Assembly (NCBI GenBank): GCA_033442325.1
Contig: JAWQFM010000019.1
Coordinates: 1,150,188-1,214,187 of the forward strand
Direction: 5' to 3'
DNA length: 64,000 nucleotides
From: Salpingoeca rosetta
Lineage: Eukaryota > Protista > Choanoflagellata
Numbering within the stretch: position 1 is the stretch's first letter; every line of letters starts with the position of its first letter. Both the position numbers and the translations under genes were made by a program. This document shows, one piece after another, positions 1 to 45,565 of the stretch. Below the pieces are notes generated by a model that saw only the letters and a program-made list of their open reading frames with translations, did not search any database and had not been told where the DNA came from.

Positions 1-85
1 CACACACACACACACACATCCTCATATATATACACACACACACACAGACAACAACGGCGTGACGGTGGGTGTTGGGGGTTCGCAC

Positions 86-8779
<8,694 letters not shown>

Positions 8780-8964
8780 GACTGCGGTGGTGCCCTCAGC
8801 TGCCAATCAATCAAGCGCAGACCAGTCCCAGCAGAGCGAGTGCAAGGCAAGCTGTCTCCACTTGCTTGCTCGTCAGTTTTTGTGGCGCTTGGATGCGAGC
8901 AATTGTGACGATTCGCTTTCACACCAACAAATCATCGGCAAACTGGGCTGTTGTTGTGTTGTTG

Positions 8965-9034
<70 letters not shown>

Positions 9035-9086
9035 TGTGGGTTGTGTGTGTGTGGGTTGTGTGTGTGTGTGTGTGGTGTGTTGTGTG

Positions 9087-9144
<58 letters not shown>

Positions 9145-9304
9145 GGTGTTTGACATCCTCGTCTTGACGGCACTTCAGCTGCCATCGTGCATGAGACAGA
9201 CGACGAAGACAAGAAGCAGGAGGAAAGAACGTTTACTGTCACCCTTCTACCCTTGAGCACACACGCGCAACGTAACACAAATACACACACGCACACACAA
9301 GCTG

Positions 9305-9696
9305 TCACGCGTCTGCTGTTGAGAGGAGATCGAGATACAACGCCGTGTGCAAGTCACGCAAGTTCTGTCTAAAGAGGGCACGGTGGCGGCTCGCGCCGGG
9401 GTCATAGTTGGGGCGGCGTTGGCCTGCTGCTGTTGCTGCTGTTGCTGCTGTTGCTGCACCAAAGCGCGCCCGTTCGTCTCTGTTTGCTATTGCTGCTGCT
9501 GCTGCTGCTTGTGTGGTGCTGGGTGGCCGTGCGTTGTCCCTTGATGTTGCGCGTGTGCGATGGCGAGAAGGGTGTGTTGCGTGCTGGTGGTTGTGTGTCT
9601 CTGCGGCGATGAACGTGCGGCTGGCGCTGGGGCTCATCCACCGCTGCTCTGGCGCGACTGGCACACTGCATTCCGTTCAATGCGACCGCATATGTA

Positions 9697-9741
<45 letters not shown>

Positions 9742-10659
9742 ACGCGTGTGTGTTGAGTGTGTGTGTGTGTGTGAGTGTGTGTGTGTGTTTGAGTGTGTGT
9801 GTGATGACGTGAGATAAGTGCACTGCAACATGAAGCTGAAAACACACGACGTGAACAGAAACAAACATCCACCGCCAACCAACGCGCCGCTGCTCTTAAC
9901 CCCTCTTCCCTCTCCCATCCTCATCTACTTGGACGCACCACACGCGATCTGCCTGTTGGATGTCGTGGAGGTGCCGAAGGCGAGGTGTGTTGGCTGGGCG
10001 GGGGCGTGCCCTTGTCCCGGCACCCCCACGTCCCGTGGTGTTCCTTTCAATGTCCTGTTGTGATTGGGGGGGGGATGAAGTAAGTAACGTTAAAGTAGGT
10101 GCAGCCACCACGTAGAGAGGGAAAGGAATCCATTACACGCGAGAAAGGCACGCACACAGCATACACACACAGTACACGCAACACACAAAACACACGACAC
10201 ACTCACTACACACTCACTACACAGTACACATACACGAAACACAACACGCTCTATACACACACTCGAAACACAACACGCTCTATACACACAACTCACACGC
10301 ACTGAACACAACACACGCACAAACACTGACTCATACATATTCTTCAACGTCTTCCACGCCAACCCAAGCCCAGTGCACACCTCGTAGTCGTAAGCAGGAG
10401 TTGGCGGCGACAAGCAGAGGGCACGGGCGCTGTGGAGCTTTGTCTTGAAGAGCTCAAAGGTGCTGCCTTCCCGCTTCGCACGTGCAAACTCACGATACGG
10501 CAGAGATGCATATGCTCGCGGGCGCGTGTTTTCCTCCCGAGTGGCAGCAGCCTCCTGTGTCAAATGCATGATGGCAAAGGCACACACACACACATACACA
10601 CATACACACATACGGTGATGAGGACGACAGTACGCGGCAGGCAACAGGGACACATCCAC

Positions 10660-10755
<96 letters not shown>

Positions 10756-10977
10756 GCCAACCAACAACACGCGACGAAGACAATCACTGCAACAGTCCAA
10801 ACGCAGGCTCGGTGCCACAACACGCACTTGTGCTCTTGTGTATTTGCGGCGACACGCCTCGCATGCACGTGCGCGCACGGCTGACACCGGCGGCCTGTGG
10901 AACAACCCCGGCGCTCGCCACGCATCGTCGTGTGTGTGGTGGTGGTGGTGGTGGTGGTGGTGGTGGTGGTGCGACAT
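9305..10977 (-). CDS. Hypothetical protein (~266 aa, 4 exons), or alternative 3' exons of the upstream pseudokinase gene
   Basis: Exons 10977-10828, 10554-10381, 10054-9939 and 9665-9305 join in frame (phases 0,0,2) with GTGCGT/GTGTGC donors and CAG acceptors. No recognisable domain. Confidence 0.45.
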
Positions 10978-10999
10978 GTTTGCGTTGGCTCGATAACGT

Positions 11000-16343
<5,344 letters not shown>

Positions 16344-17895
16344 CGTCGTGCGTGCGCGTGCGTGTGTGTGTGTGTGCAGGGTGAAGGGTGAACAAGGAGC
16401 GAGCTGGAGGAGTGGTCTTGTCTCTGTTGCAGCTGTGAGCTGGATGTTGTTGTTCTTCCTTCTCCTCTTCCGCCAACTCCTGCCAGATTTTGCCGAGTCA
16501 GCAACAACTGTTAAAAGTGCAACGAATTCCCAGCACTGCCTCCGCGACGGTTGTAGATTATTGTTGGGAGATACCGGCAACTATTCTCTTTTCGCTGTTT
16601 GTTTTTTGTTGTTCCACACACCTCTCTCTCTCCTCTCTCTCTTCTGGTGTTCAACTCGCTCGCTCGCCCAACAACAACAAACAACAGCACACACACACCG
16701 CAAAAGAAGCAACATCAAAGGCAACAGCAAGGTAAGACCTCCTCCCTCCACCATGCCCAGCTGGCTGGCCGGCTGGTTGGTTGTCAGTATGGCAGCCGAT
16801 GGCAGTGCGCAGGGGGTGACGACGGTGCTGTTCAATGCCTTTGTCTGGTTTCGGTGGTTTGACGCACCAAACATGGCATGTTCTCGAGCGAACAAAACGC
16901 CATCAACCACTCTGCTTGACCCAGCCGCATTCCTTTTGTCTGGCTCGCTCGTCAGTTTTTTTTTTTCTCTCTCTCTCCTCTTGATGTGGTTGTCGTCGCC
17001 TACCTTGTCTTGCTTGCTTTGCTTGTCCATCTCTCTGTCTGTCTGTCTGTGGCCTCTCTTCCACACGCGCACGCCTTTGTTCCATTAGCTTCCGTGGCGT
17101 GGACAAACACTCAAACCCGCACGCACATCACACACACACACACGCACACACGCACACACACAAACACACACTCTCTCTCTTCTGTCCCTTCCTGTTTTGT
17201 GCAAAGCAGCGGTACGGTTGTTCGTTTGTGTGCGTGCACTGCATTCCAATAGGTTTCGGTTGGTGTGTGGTGGTGGGCGTGCGATCGATTGGGGGGCCAA
17301 GGGCGAATCGGGTGGGGGGAAAAACTGGCAGCCAACACAAACAACCACCCCCGTCCGTGTTGATGTGTTTGCACTCCTCTCCTGCCGACACTCATTTCTT
17401 GCACCACAGTCAACGCTTTGACTTCTCTTTCCGCCACCTCCTCGCCACCTCCTCTCCACCACTCTCCCCCATATCACGCACCACCATCACTGATCACCCA
17501 CACGCTGGTTGATTGATTGGTTGGTTGGTTGATTGATTACTCACACATTGTTCTCCACCACCACCACCACCACCCCCACCCCTTGGTGATCCACCATCCA
17601 TCGCACCATCGTTTTCGGGACTGCCCTTTCGTTGTGGTGTACATCCCTCTCCTCAACCACAACTGCGCATACCAACTCGCCGCCAACCGTCCACGCACAC
17701 ACACGAACCAACCAACCCGACCCGCGTTCGGCCTTCCCTTTTGACTTCGTGATGCTGCCTGCTCACGGCGTGCGTATTAAACACACGGCCGCGTCTCTGC
17801 ACGACAGGTATCGCGAGCGATCCACCTCGAAGCGCGCCGCCGCCACATCCACAGCCGCAGACCTTCCCCTTCCTCAGGGCACAACTCGAACCATC

Positions 17896-18155
17896 ATGGA
17901 CGACGACAGCAGGCGTCGCACCACATCCTTTGTTGACCCTGCTGAGATGCAGGAAGGCAACGACAAGTACGACCCACTCACAGGCGCAATGGACGGCATG
18001 AACGTCAACGGTGCGTTTGTTCCTGTGCATGATTATTTGTGTCTGTGTGTGTCGGTGTTGTGGTTGGTTGTGTGATAATGTGCGTTTGTGTTTGTTTGTT
18101 AGTTTATGTGCTTGCATGCATGATTGCGTGTATGTCTGTGTTGTCTGTGGTTTGA

Positions 18156-18210
<55 letters not shown>

Positions 18211-20911
18211 GCAGTTGTTTGTGTGCTGCGTCTGTGTCTCTCGAACTTCCGCGTCGCCGCTGGCGTTCGACGTGTGCGCATCACATTGACACATGATGTG
18301 TGTTGGTTGGCGCTGGTGGGGTTGGTGCATGCAGGCACGATGACGAAGGTGCGTGCCATGCGCGGGCCTTCGCGCCGCGCAATTGAAGAGGAGATCCAAT
18401 ACGGCGACCTCTCTGTTGTCGGCAACGGCTCCTTTGGCGTCGTCTTCAAGACAAAGATGATCGACAGTAAAGGCACACACAACGTCGCCCTCAAGAAGGT
18501 CTTGCAAGACCGCCGATACAAGGTGTGCGAATTGGGTTTGTGCGTGGCGTGTGTCTGTATGTATGTATGTATGTATGTACGTATGTATGTATGTGTATGT
18601 GTCTGGTTCTGGTTCTGTGTGTGTATGTATGTATGTATGTATGTGTCTGTTTCTGTGTGTGTGTGTGTGTGTGTGCGTGTGTGTTCCTGTCTGTGGGTGT
18701 GAGTCCCTTGCCCGTCCGTGCCATACGTCCTCCTCCAACCCACCCCTCACCGTGTCCACGCCTTGCTGCATCTCTGTGCGATCAGAACCGCGAGCTTGAG
18801 ATTATGCGGGAGGTTGGCCACCGCAACATTGTCGAGCTCAAGTGGTTCTTCTTCACCCCGGGTGCCAAGGTGTGCACACGCTTCCCAGTTGTTTCACGAC
18901 CGTGCCTTTGTGTCTGTGTTGTAAGGGTGTGCATGTGTGCACGTGGACGCCATGATGCTGTTGTGCTGCTCTCTTCTGTGTGTGTGTGTGTGTGTCAATC
19001 CCCCCCCCCCACCAAATCGCTTATTGCTCATTGCTCACCACTTTGCCACCACCCACCTACCCACCACCACCACCTCCGTGCATGCATGCATGCATTCAAA
19101 CAGAACGACACATATCTGAACCTGGTGATGGAGTTTATGCCCACGTCCCTGGGCCAGTTCTCGGACGGGTACTGCAAGCGCAAGATGCAGATGCCCGCAT
19201 TCTACGTCAAGGTTACAACAGAGACAATGATGCTTGTCGTGCACAGACACGTGCACGTTTCACGTCGCTTGTCATGGATGTGGCTTGTCTTGCATGTTGT
19301 GTGCTTGGTGGATGTGTCGGCAAAGCTGTGTGACCAATGTGTGCGTCCAACAATACTTTCATTCCATACTCACCTCTCCGCACCATTTCTCCTCCCTTCC
19401 TCCCTCGCCATGCTTCATGTTGCTGTGCACAGCTGTCTGTGTACCAGATGTTCCGTGCACTTGCGTACCTGCACGGGCGTGGCATCTGTCACCGCGACAT
19501 CAAGCCCCAAAACCTCCTCCTCAACGTCAGCGCCGGCGTCCTCAAGCTCTGCGACTTTGGATGGTCAGTCAGAATTGTCTTGTGTTGTGCGCGCGCGCGT
19601 GTGTGTGAGTTGTGTGTGTGTGTGAGTTGTGTGTGTGTGGGTGCGCGCGTGTGTGTCAGCTTGTGCCGGCCGTGCCATCACGCCCCTTTCCCTCACTTAC
19701 GCCGTCTCTCCCCCCCCTACTTCTCCAATGACATTGACACACACCAACAGTGCCAAGCAGCTGCACTCTGACCAGCCGAATGTGTCGTACATCTGCTCGC
19801 GCTACTACCGCGCACCAGAGCTCTGCATTGGCGCCTCTTTCTACAGCACAGCCATCGGTCTGTTTCGTTTCGTCCTCAGCGCCCTTTTTTTGTGTGTGTT
19901 CGTGTATGTTCGTGTATGTGGGTACGTGCTTACGTCTCTACGCCTATTCACCACTCTTCTGCCATCTTTCGCTTTTGTGTGTATGAACAGATGTGTGGAG
20001 TGGCGCATGCGTGATGGCGGAGCTGCTGATGAACAGACCCATCTTCAGAGGAACAAAGAGCTCAGATCAGATGGAGAAGATCATGAGGGTGAGTCATCCC
20101 GTGCTGCGCCGTTTGTTGCAACTCTATCAATCTTGTTGCCTGTGTCTCTGGCTTGCGGGGTTTACGTGTCCTGAACACCCTTGCACTGTCTTCTTCCTTT
20201 GCTTCTGCGTTCTCCGTGCTCACACGGCTAGCCACCACCACCTCCTCCTCCTCTTCACCCTCCTCCTCATCGTCGTCATCGTCGTCTGCTGCGCTGCAGG
20301 TGCTTGGTGCGCCCTCGTCCACGGAGCTGCGCGCAATGAACCCGGAGTTCCGCGGCTCCCTCTCCTCCCCGCGCACCACCTCCCTTGAAGACGTGCGTGG
20401 TATTGCGTGGCGGTGTCTGTCTGTGTGTCTGTCTGTGTGTCCCTGTGCCTCTTTTCCTGTTGCCATTGCATGCCTGTGTCTGTCTACCTCCTCACCATCC
20501 CTCTTGCACATCCCCGCCCGAAAAACCCAAAAAAACAATCCCTCTGCAGCTGCTGCGCGTGCGCCCCTCCGCCGAGCGCGCCGTCGAGATTGACCTCCTC
20601 AAGAAGTACGTATGCACACGCACGTAGCTGCACATACACACGCACACGCATGAGTCCTCCTCATCCATTTGCTCGCCATTGTTGGTATCATTCATTGACT
20701 CACCCCTCCACCAACACACTCACGCCACCTGGTATCGTCTTCTGCGTGCACGCTTATTGCAGGACGTTTGCGTATGTGCCGAAGAAGCGGCCCACGTCGA
20801 TTGAGGTGCTCGCGCACCCGTTCTTTGACGAGCTGCGCGACCCCAAGACGTCCCTGCCAAACGGCAACCCGCTCCCAGAACTCTTCGACTTCACCCCAGA
20901 AGGTGCCATCG

Positions 20912-20976
<65 letters not shown>

Positions 20977-21157
20977 TGCTTTCTTCCCCTTTTGCTCTCG
21001 TGCACCCTCGTCAATCGCCTTTGCACGCGTATTGCGTTCTTCAAGCACAACGTCACCACGCGCTCACGACCTTCCACGCCCGCCGCTGCTTTCGTTGTTT
21101 CTTGCAGAGCTGGCCCTGTCTCCCGGCATTGAGAAGCGACTGAAGCCCAAGGCTTAA
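17896..21157 (+). CDS. GSK3: Glycogen synthase kinase 3 (shaggy)
   Basis: 11 exons (17896-18010, 18335-18522, 18786-18869, 19104-19211, 19433-19563, 19751-19857, 19991-20088, 20300-20392, 20550-20605, 20763-20902, 21108-21157). Motifs: [67 protein letters not shown]...[13 protein letters not shown]. Confidence 0.97.
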
Positions 21158-21718
21158 ACCACCACCACCACCACCCCCACCCCCCCCCCTTTCGCCCTCC
21201 CCTCCTCCCTTCCCTCCTCTTCCTCTCGTCTCTCGTTCCTCTCCTCACCCTCGCCATGAGGTGATGAAAAGGCAGATGAGTGCGCGCGTGTTATTCCGCC
21301 CGCTCCCCTCCCCCCTTGACTCACTTCCCCTTTTTCTGTTCCTCTCTTTCGCCCACCTTGCTTTTTGCACTTTTTTTTTTCTTTCTTCGTTCTTTCTTTG
21401 TTCTTCTGTTCACCTTTTCTGTCTCCTTCTCCTTCGTTGCGTTGTTTCCTTTGTGTCCACACGCATACACCCATTCACGCAAATATGACAACGTCACGCA
21501 CCACCACCTCTGCCACGCCGGCATGTGCCTCTTCTTCTTCTTCGTCTCTTGTTCTCCATTGCTGTACACGTTTGCTGCTGCACCTTGTCCCTGCAGTCTT
21601 TTCTTTTTTCTGTTGGCTGTTGCGATTCGGCAAGCGCCGTGGCTTTTTCGCTTCATTTCGCTGCTGCTCGTTCATCCATCCATTCCCCCCTTTGTGTAGA
21701 CCCGTTTACTCTTGTTGT

Positions 21719-21781
<63 letters not shown>

Positions 21782-21962
21782 TTGTGAGGGGAGAATGCAG
21801 GAGAGTCTGTGCGCATGTGTGCTACCTGAAGTCCGCAAGAGAAAGTGACCAACCCAATCAAACTTTGGAGGTGATGCTGAGAGACGTGTGTAACGAGAAA
21901 GTAGGGCTTAACGATGCATGATGTATGTAATGTGATGATGAATGCATGGCGATTTCCATCCA

Positions 21963-23422
<1,460 letters not shown>

Positions 23423-23862
23423 GATGATGATCCGTGACGTGAGATGGTTTGCTGTGTGCTTTGGAGGCACGTTGTGCGAAATGGTGGAAGGAGCCGCCCA
23501 TCCATTCATTCGATGCTTGCAAGCACAGCTTGAAACAACACCACAAAGTGTATTATTTTCCAATGTATTCTTTTTTTCTGGCGGTCTTTGTCTGTCTCCG
23601 CACACACCAACGAACGTTGCAAGAGAGAAAGAGCAGGAGGGAACGTTTGCGCGCCCACACGCACTTGGGAGAAGGACAACGGCCACCGTTCACATCATCG
23701 TCATCAAACGAGCAAGCAAGCAGCAAGCAAGTCGTAGGTGCACCGACAGACACAGCTCGCGCTCGTCCGTGCTGCATACGTGTGCGTGTGTGTGTGTGTG
23801 TGTGCGCGTGCGTGTGCGTGTGCTGAGGGCCGTCGCCCGCGCATCACCCGAACCTGTGCAAG

Positions 23863-39220
<15,358 letters not shown>

Positions 39221-39249
39221 TCGCGTGGGCAGGCCAATTGTCATCGTGA

Positions 39250-39293
<44 letters not shown>

Positions 39294-40171
39294 GTGTGTG
39301 TGTGTGTGTTACAATGAATGGCTGTGCATGAACTTGATTCCTAGTTACAGGTTGTTGTTGCTTTTGGTGTGATTTCTGTCCCCCATGTTCACGTCTTGTT
39401 CAGGATTACATGCTGTGTTACGTGGTTAAGTTGACTGTTTCTGTGTGTACTGCTTGTCGGAGGTGCAGCATCACAACAACACAGCGCCGTTCCTAGCATC
39501 ATCGTGAAGCTGAGTAGATTACACCAGCCAACAAAGCGAGCCCAACGACAGCAAAACTCTTTGTTTGGACAAAGGCAGGGCACAGCACGGCCGTACAACT
39601 CCAACAACGCTTGCAGTGAGTTGGTGGTGTTGTTGATGGGATGGTAGTGGTGAGAAGCCACGACCATCAATCATCGGAGAATGCACACACAAGGAGCACA
39701 GCAGAGCAACACGTCAAAAAGGGGGGGGGGTGGATGCAAGGGAAGGAAAGAGAACCTAGAAGCTGCCGCGTAAGCGGGGCAGAGGAGGGAAGCTAAAATG
39801 CATGAAGGAATACACGGCGAAGCATGAAGCCACACAGGCGTGGACGAGAGAAGGAAGAAGGAAGGGTCAAAACACCAAGCAACAAGCATCAGGTATTGAA
39901 GCAAAGCAGAATGTAGAGTGCACAGGGTAACGAGTGCATTAGCAGAGGAGAAGCAACAACAGCCTGTAACCTGGGGCAACAAGCAAAGAGATGGAGATAA
40001 GAGGGGATATAAAGCAAGCAGGCATAGAATAGACGGTGTCTTAACGAAGCAAAAACAATGACATGAAAGCCGAGGGTTGATTACACGGAAAGTGATTTGA
40101 GGTGACACACGATGTGGTGGTAACCACGATGAGAGGAGGAGGAGGAGGAGGGGTGTGTGGTACGTGTCGTG

Positions 40172-40359
40172 TCACCAAGCAAGGTGGAAGAGTTTCTTGA
40201 GCGTGGATGCCTTACTGCCACCCTTCTTCGGCACATGTGGCGCCTCAGACGGGCACCTGCACGCAATGGAGATGCATGGAGGGCGCGGGGGGGGAACAGA
40301 AAGAATTGAATGTGAGACACTGGTGGGGAAGCAACGAGGGGGGACCAGTTAGGGCCAAT

Positions 40360-40394
<35 letters not shown>

Positions 40395-41913
40395 ACAACA
40401 CACCACACACACGCACGAAGGGGAATGGTGGCAAGCGCAAATGCACAAATGCGCAGAAGACAACAAAACACCACCACCACCATCAGCAGGAGAAGCGAGT
40501 ACGCACTTTGCAACGACGCCAATCAGATACTTTGACCAGAGCTGCTTCTTCGACTTGGACGAGTGAAAGTCAAAGTCGCGCGTGACATCTGTGCCGCCTT
40601 TGCGGATGATGCTGTTTGTAGGAGCAGAGGAGGGGGATTTTTTTGGGGGGGGGGAGGGAATTGTGGTTGGTGGAGAGGGAAAGTGATGAGTTGGTTGAGA
40701 GGTGCGTTGAAGCACATGAATGGGCATGGTGATGGCAACTTGGTGATGTGTCATTGCACGAATGTCTCGCATGTAAGACATTCACCCATCAAACACACAC
40801 ACACACACACAAACATACATACACACACAACACACGCACACGCACACACATACACATACACAAACATACATACGCACACACACACACACACGCACACACA
40901 CACAAGCAGCATTGGTTGCTTACGCTTGCATGCCAGCGCGGTGGAAGTCGTTGCGCACAAACGCCGTCACGTCATACACCTTGCGATGCGCAACCAGCCA
41001 GCAGTCACTGGCCCTGCATGGTTTTGTTTCATTCATGTGCATGGCGAACAAGGAGAGTTAGCGGCATGTTGTTGACTCCTTGTCACATTTTGAAGACACA
41101 CACAGATACGCACACAATGACACACACACACACAGACAGACACACAACACTACTCGTGCGTTTGGCCACTCACGAGTTGTGTCGCTGAACTTGGCACATG
41201 GTGAAGACGTTCTTCTGGCAGCCGCGGCCACGGCGAGAGCAGGCGCGCTTCTCAACATGCTTCGCCTTTAGCGTGCATGCATCGCAGGAGGGAAGGCCGC
41301 ACACGTCATCGCAGTCCGGGCAGGCGTCGCACATTGGGTCACGAAACACGGCGCCAACGTCGACGCCAATCGAATAGGACGAGTCGCCGTGCGCACTGCT
41401 CGTGCTGGTGTTGCGGGAGCTTCGCCGCCGCGGCCTCGCCGACGACGACGACGACGATGATGCAGCTGCGGTCGACGCAGCTGTGGAAGCTGGAGAGGAA
41501 GCGGAGTCAGATGGTGCCGGGACGTAGGCTGCGAGGGGGACAGGGGTGGCGGGTTTCGTTGCTGCGGTCGCCGCCATTGTCAGAGATTGGCGGAGATGCG
41601 CAGACGTGTCGGGCGGCATGGCGGCGTTTGTGTTGGCGCTGGAAACAGGATTACACCCAGAGCAGATGCCTGATGGGCACGAGTGACAGCGCTTGGCGGG
41701 CGAAGCAGGGACTGTGGGATTGCTGCTGCTGCCGCCGTTGATGCGCTGGGCGACGGAGAGGTGGAGCGCGTTGTCAAGCTTTGCGGCGAGGGCGTGGCCT
41801 GTCTCTGGACGAGGGTGGCTGTGGTGGTGTTGGCGTGAGAGCAGGCAATCGCAGTTCTCACACGGCTGCAGCGCGCAGTCGTTGCTCTCCTCGTCGTCGA
41901 ACACGGAAGACAT
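40172..41913 (-). CDS. Cytochrome b5-like heme-binding domain protein with a Cys-rich N-terminal region
   Basis: Exons 41913-41174, 41013-40924, 40611-40507 and 40256-40172 (all phase 2). FTMCQVQRHNSASDCWLVAHRKVYDVTAFVRNDFHRAGMQAIIRKGGTDVTRDFDFHS...KYLIG matches the b5 pattern with both His ligands. Confidence 0.85.
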
Positions 41914-42872
41914 TGGGTGTTTGGTTGAGATGCGGAGCAGGGCAATAAATGGAGGTGTGGAGAGGGAAGGGGGCAGCGGATGAACGAGATCGCTGCTTCT
42001 TCTGTTGCGGGAAGCGGGCTGTTGTGTGTTGCTTGAGTAATGGAGCACAGTCAACGGGTGTGATGTGACACAGGTTGGTGTTGGTGTTGGTTGGTTGGCT
42101 GGTTGGGGTGAGCGTGGTGGTGTGATGATGATACGCGTGTGGCGAGCGCGAAGTGAGAGAGCGCGACAGCAGGTGTGCGATTACGAAAACAGCACACACC
42201 AGCCAGCGAAGCAAAGCTGACGACGGCTGTTGCGGCAAATGTGGAATGGCATGACGCAAACACCGCCGATTTTTGCGTGCATACTTCCTAAACTTTCGTG
42301 GTGTCATGAAATGCGCGACAGGCGACAGACAGACATACATCTACACAGACTGGTTGGGATGGTTGGAGAGGTTCCGAGTGTGTTGCTTCTGTTGGTTGGA
42401 GGGGTGGGTTGGTTGGTGAGCTGTGCTGGTTGGCTGATGTTGGGTGCAAGACGTGAGGCACAGTGGTGGGTGAGAGCAAAGACAAAAGACAACAACATGT
42501 ATGTCAACGACGATACGTATAAGCATGGCGATGTCGTGCTGATATTGTATTTATTGTGTGTAACAACGGCGACAGGAAAGCAATGAATCCAAACCAACAC
42601 ATGGCAAAAACAGAACAGAAGCGATGAAGCAACGCAAGCAAAAAGGACCTGTGGAAGGCGGCGAGGGTGGAATAGAAGGGCAGACGTGCATGGCACATCA
42701 CAACAGAGGAAGAGAGAGAGACGCACACAACGCACACCAACAAACACACACGTACACACACAAATACACCAACGCACACACACACACACACACACGCACA
42801 CGTATACACGTTCACACACACACGTTCACAAGCATGTCAAAACCACAACGCAGAGTACACAGTACATGCTAG

Positions 42873-44858
42873 CTATGCGGCTGCACTTGATGCAGCAGCG
42901 TGCATGTGTTCTGCGACAGCAAGCACATCTTGGGTGTGCGCGCGCTCAGCCGGGTCTGGAATAATGCATCGCTTCACAAGCGTCCGCAACTGGTGGTGGT
43001 GGTGGTAATGGTGGTGGTGATGTGGGTGGTGGTGGTGATGTGGGTGGTGGTGGTGAACGTAAAGAGAAAAATAACGAGGGATCAGGGAAAGGGGGCGTGA
43101 GGGGAAGAACGTAAGAGCGTGTGTGTGGTCGACAGGAAACAGCACCAGGAGGATGCAAGCAGGTTGGCGCAGGTATACAGCAGGTATACACACGCAGACA
43201 CGCAAACCAACAAACACACACAAACGCACAAACACACACACACAAACACACACAAACACACTGTCACGCACACGCAACAAACCCACAAACATACGCGTAC
43301 CTCCTCCGAGTAGACGTCGCTGGGGAGCGGGGGATACGCGCACTTGTCAATCTTGCGGCAGAGGGAGTAGAGGTTGAGCTGGTCGCCATAGAACGGCGAC
43401 TGCAACGCCGCCATCTGTGCACACACACACACACACACATGTGTGTGTGTGGATAATACAAGGAAGGGAGTCAGTGCTTTGGTCGGGATAAAGCTATATG
43501 CACGCAACGCACGCGCATGCACACACACACACACACACAAACAGATTTTCACACACACAAACAAGATACACACACGCATACACACTGACACACATACAGA
43601 CATGCACGCACCTCGTAGAGGAGGCAGCCGAGGGACCAGATATCGGATGCAAAGTCGTAGGGCTGCTCACGGATGCGTTCAGGTGACATGTAGTACGGCG
43701 TGCCAACAAGCGACATGGCGACAGTGGTGCGGGAACTGAAGTACCGACTGAGGCCAAGGTCCCCAAGCTTGACCGTGCCGTCGGCCGTGATGAACACGTT
43801 CGCAGGCTTGATGTCTGTTGGGTTGGTGTAGGAGGGGCGGCAGTGAATGCGGGGTGTAAACATACGTGAGTGTGTGTGAGTGTGTGTGAGTGTGTGTGAG
43901 TGTGTGTGTGTGTGTGAGTGAGAGTGAGTGAGTGAGTGAGTGTGCGAGTGAGTGAGTGAGTGTGCGAGTGAGTGTGAGTGAGTGAGTGAGAGTGAGTGAG
44001 AGTGAGTGTGTTCAACGTGGGCATGAGCGATCGACACAAGAGAGGCAGCAGAGACAGTGGAGGTCTTGCCAAAGGCTCACCTCTGTGCATGACACGACGC
44101 GAGTGCATGTGATCGAGAGCACGGCAGATTTGCACAAAGTAGCGCCTTCAACAAAAATGGGTATGCGTGTGTGTGCGTACAAGAGGGTGAGAGTTAGTGC
44201 ACATGCGTGTGAAAACATGTGCGTGTGCGAGTGTGCGTGTGTGCGTGTGCTGGTGTGTGCACGAGGTATTCGTGAATGTGCGTGTGTGGTAAAGCAGTCA
44301 GCACAACAGCTGTGCAGAAACAGTATCGTGCACGTGCACCCGCACTGCAGGTGGAGGACAAGAGGTACATGCGCGCCATACCAGATTGCGGGCTCTGGAA
44401 TGAGGCGACGTTGCTTCTTAAAGTGCTGTTGTGGTGCACAAGCAATTACAGCGCGCCACACCGGTCAACATTCGAGGACACAGATGGGTCTCGCTTCCCC
44501 ACAAGCAAACGAACAAGCGACAAAGCAGGCGACAAAGCAAGCCAGCGTGTGCGTACACACGCACAAAGACAAGGAACAAACATGTCCACACACACACACA
44601 CACAAACGTAAACACAAACACACAAACACACAAACACACAAACACACACACACACACAACAGGTGTGCGACCTTGATCATACGGGAGAGGTCACCGGCAT
44701 CGGCAAGCTCAAGGACAATGTTCAGCTGGACCACACGCATGGAAGGGACGCAATCAGCAAGCACAGTCACGTGTGCACAAGTAAGCAAGCAAGGCGGCAA
44801 ACAACTAAACGTACAGCTAAACAAAATACACACACCCATACAAGATACCCACACAAGA

Positions 44859-44890
<32 letters not shown>

Positions 44891-45178
44891 AGACACACAC
44901 AGCGCATGCTGGCTGCACCTCGTTGTTGGCAATGAAGGACGCGAGATACTTGATAATGTTTGGGTGGTCAAGGGATTTGAGCAGGTCAATTTCCCTGATG
45001 CAGTCTTGTCTTGCCTTGGCATCAAGCATCTCAAAGATCTGCGCGCGCGCAAACCATCGTTTTGTGGTGAAAGGAACAAGAAGAAATCGTGTGGTGGGTC
45101 AGAAGATACCCGCATGGAACAAGAACTTGGCCAAGGCAACGTTGCATGACATGCCACAGCGTTCAAACAAAACTCGCA

Positions 45179-45265
<87 letters not shown>

Positions 45266-45565
45266 ACAAGCGCGCACGACGCACATGCGTTCACACAACA
45301 CGCACAACGCACATGCGTTCACACAACACGCACAACGCACACAAAGATTGAAACACAAACAAACACGCACAACGCACACAGACACATGCACACACACCTG
45401 AACTTTCTTGAAGGCGACAAGCTGGTTGTTCACGAGGCAACGAGCCTTGTACACCACAGAGAACTGCCCGCGGCCAATCTTCTTCTCAATCTGGTAGTTG
45501 GCAATGTCGCCGTAGATGTCTGCCATTGACGACGAAGCCGTGTCCACATCCATGCCCGTGTCCAT
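42873..45565 (-). CDS. NEK7: NIMA-related kinase NEK6/7 ortholog
   Basis: 8 exons. [99 protein letters not shown] and [11 protein letters not shown] are very close to animal NEK6/7. Confidence 0.96.

Noticed and set aside
39221-40171. Short minus-strand ORFs between Brahma and the cytochrome b5 gene
   Set aside because: No domain or consistent splice structure; consistent with convergent 3' UTRs.
43416-43451. (CA)n-(TG)n palindrome resembling a MITE or terminal inverted repeat
   Set aside because: Simple juxtaposition of abundant dinucleotide repeats; no target-site duplication or transposase.
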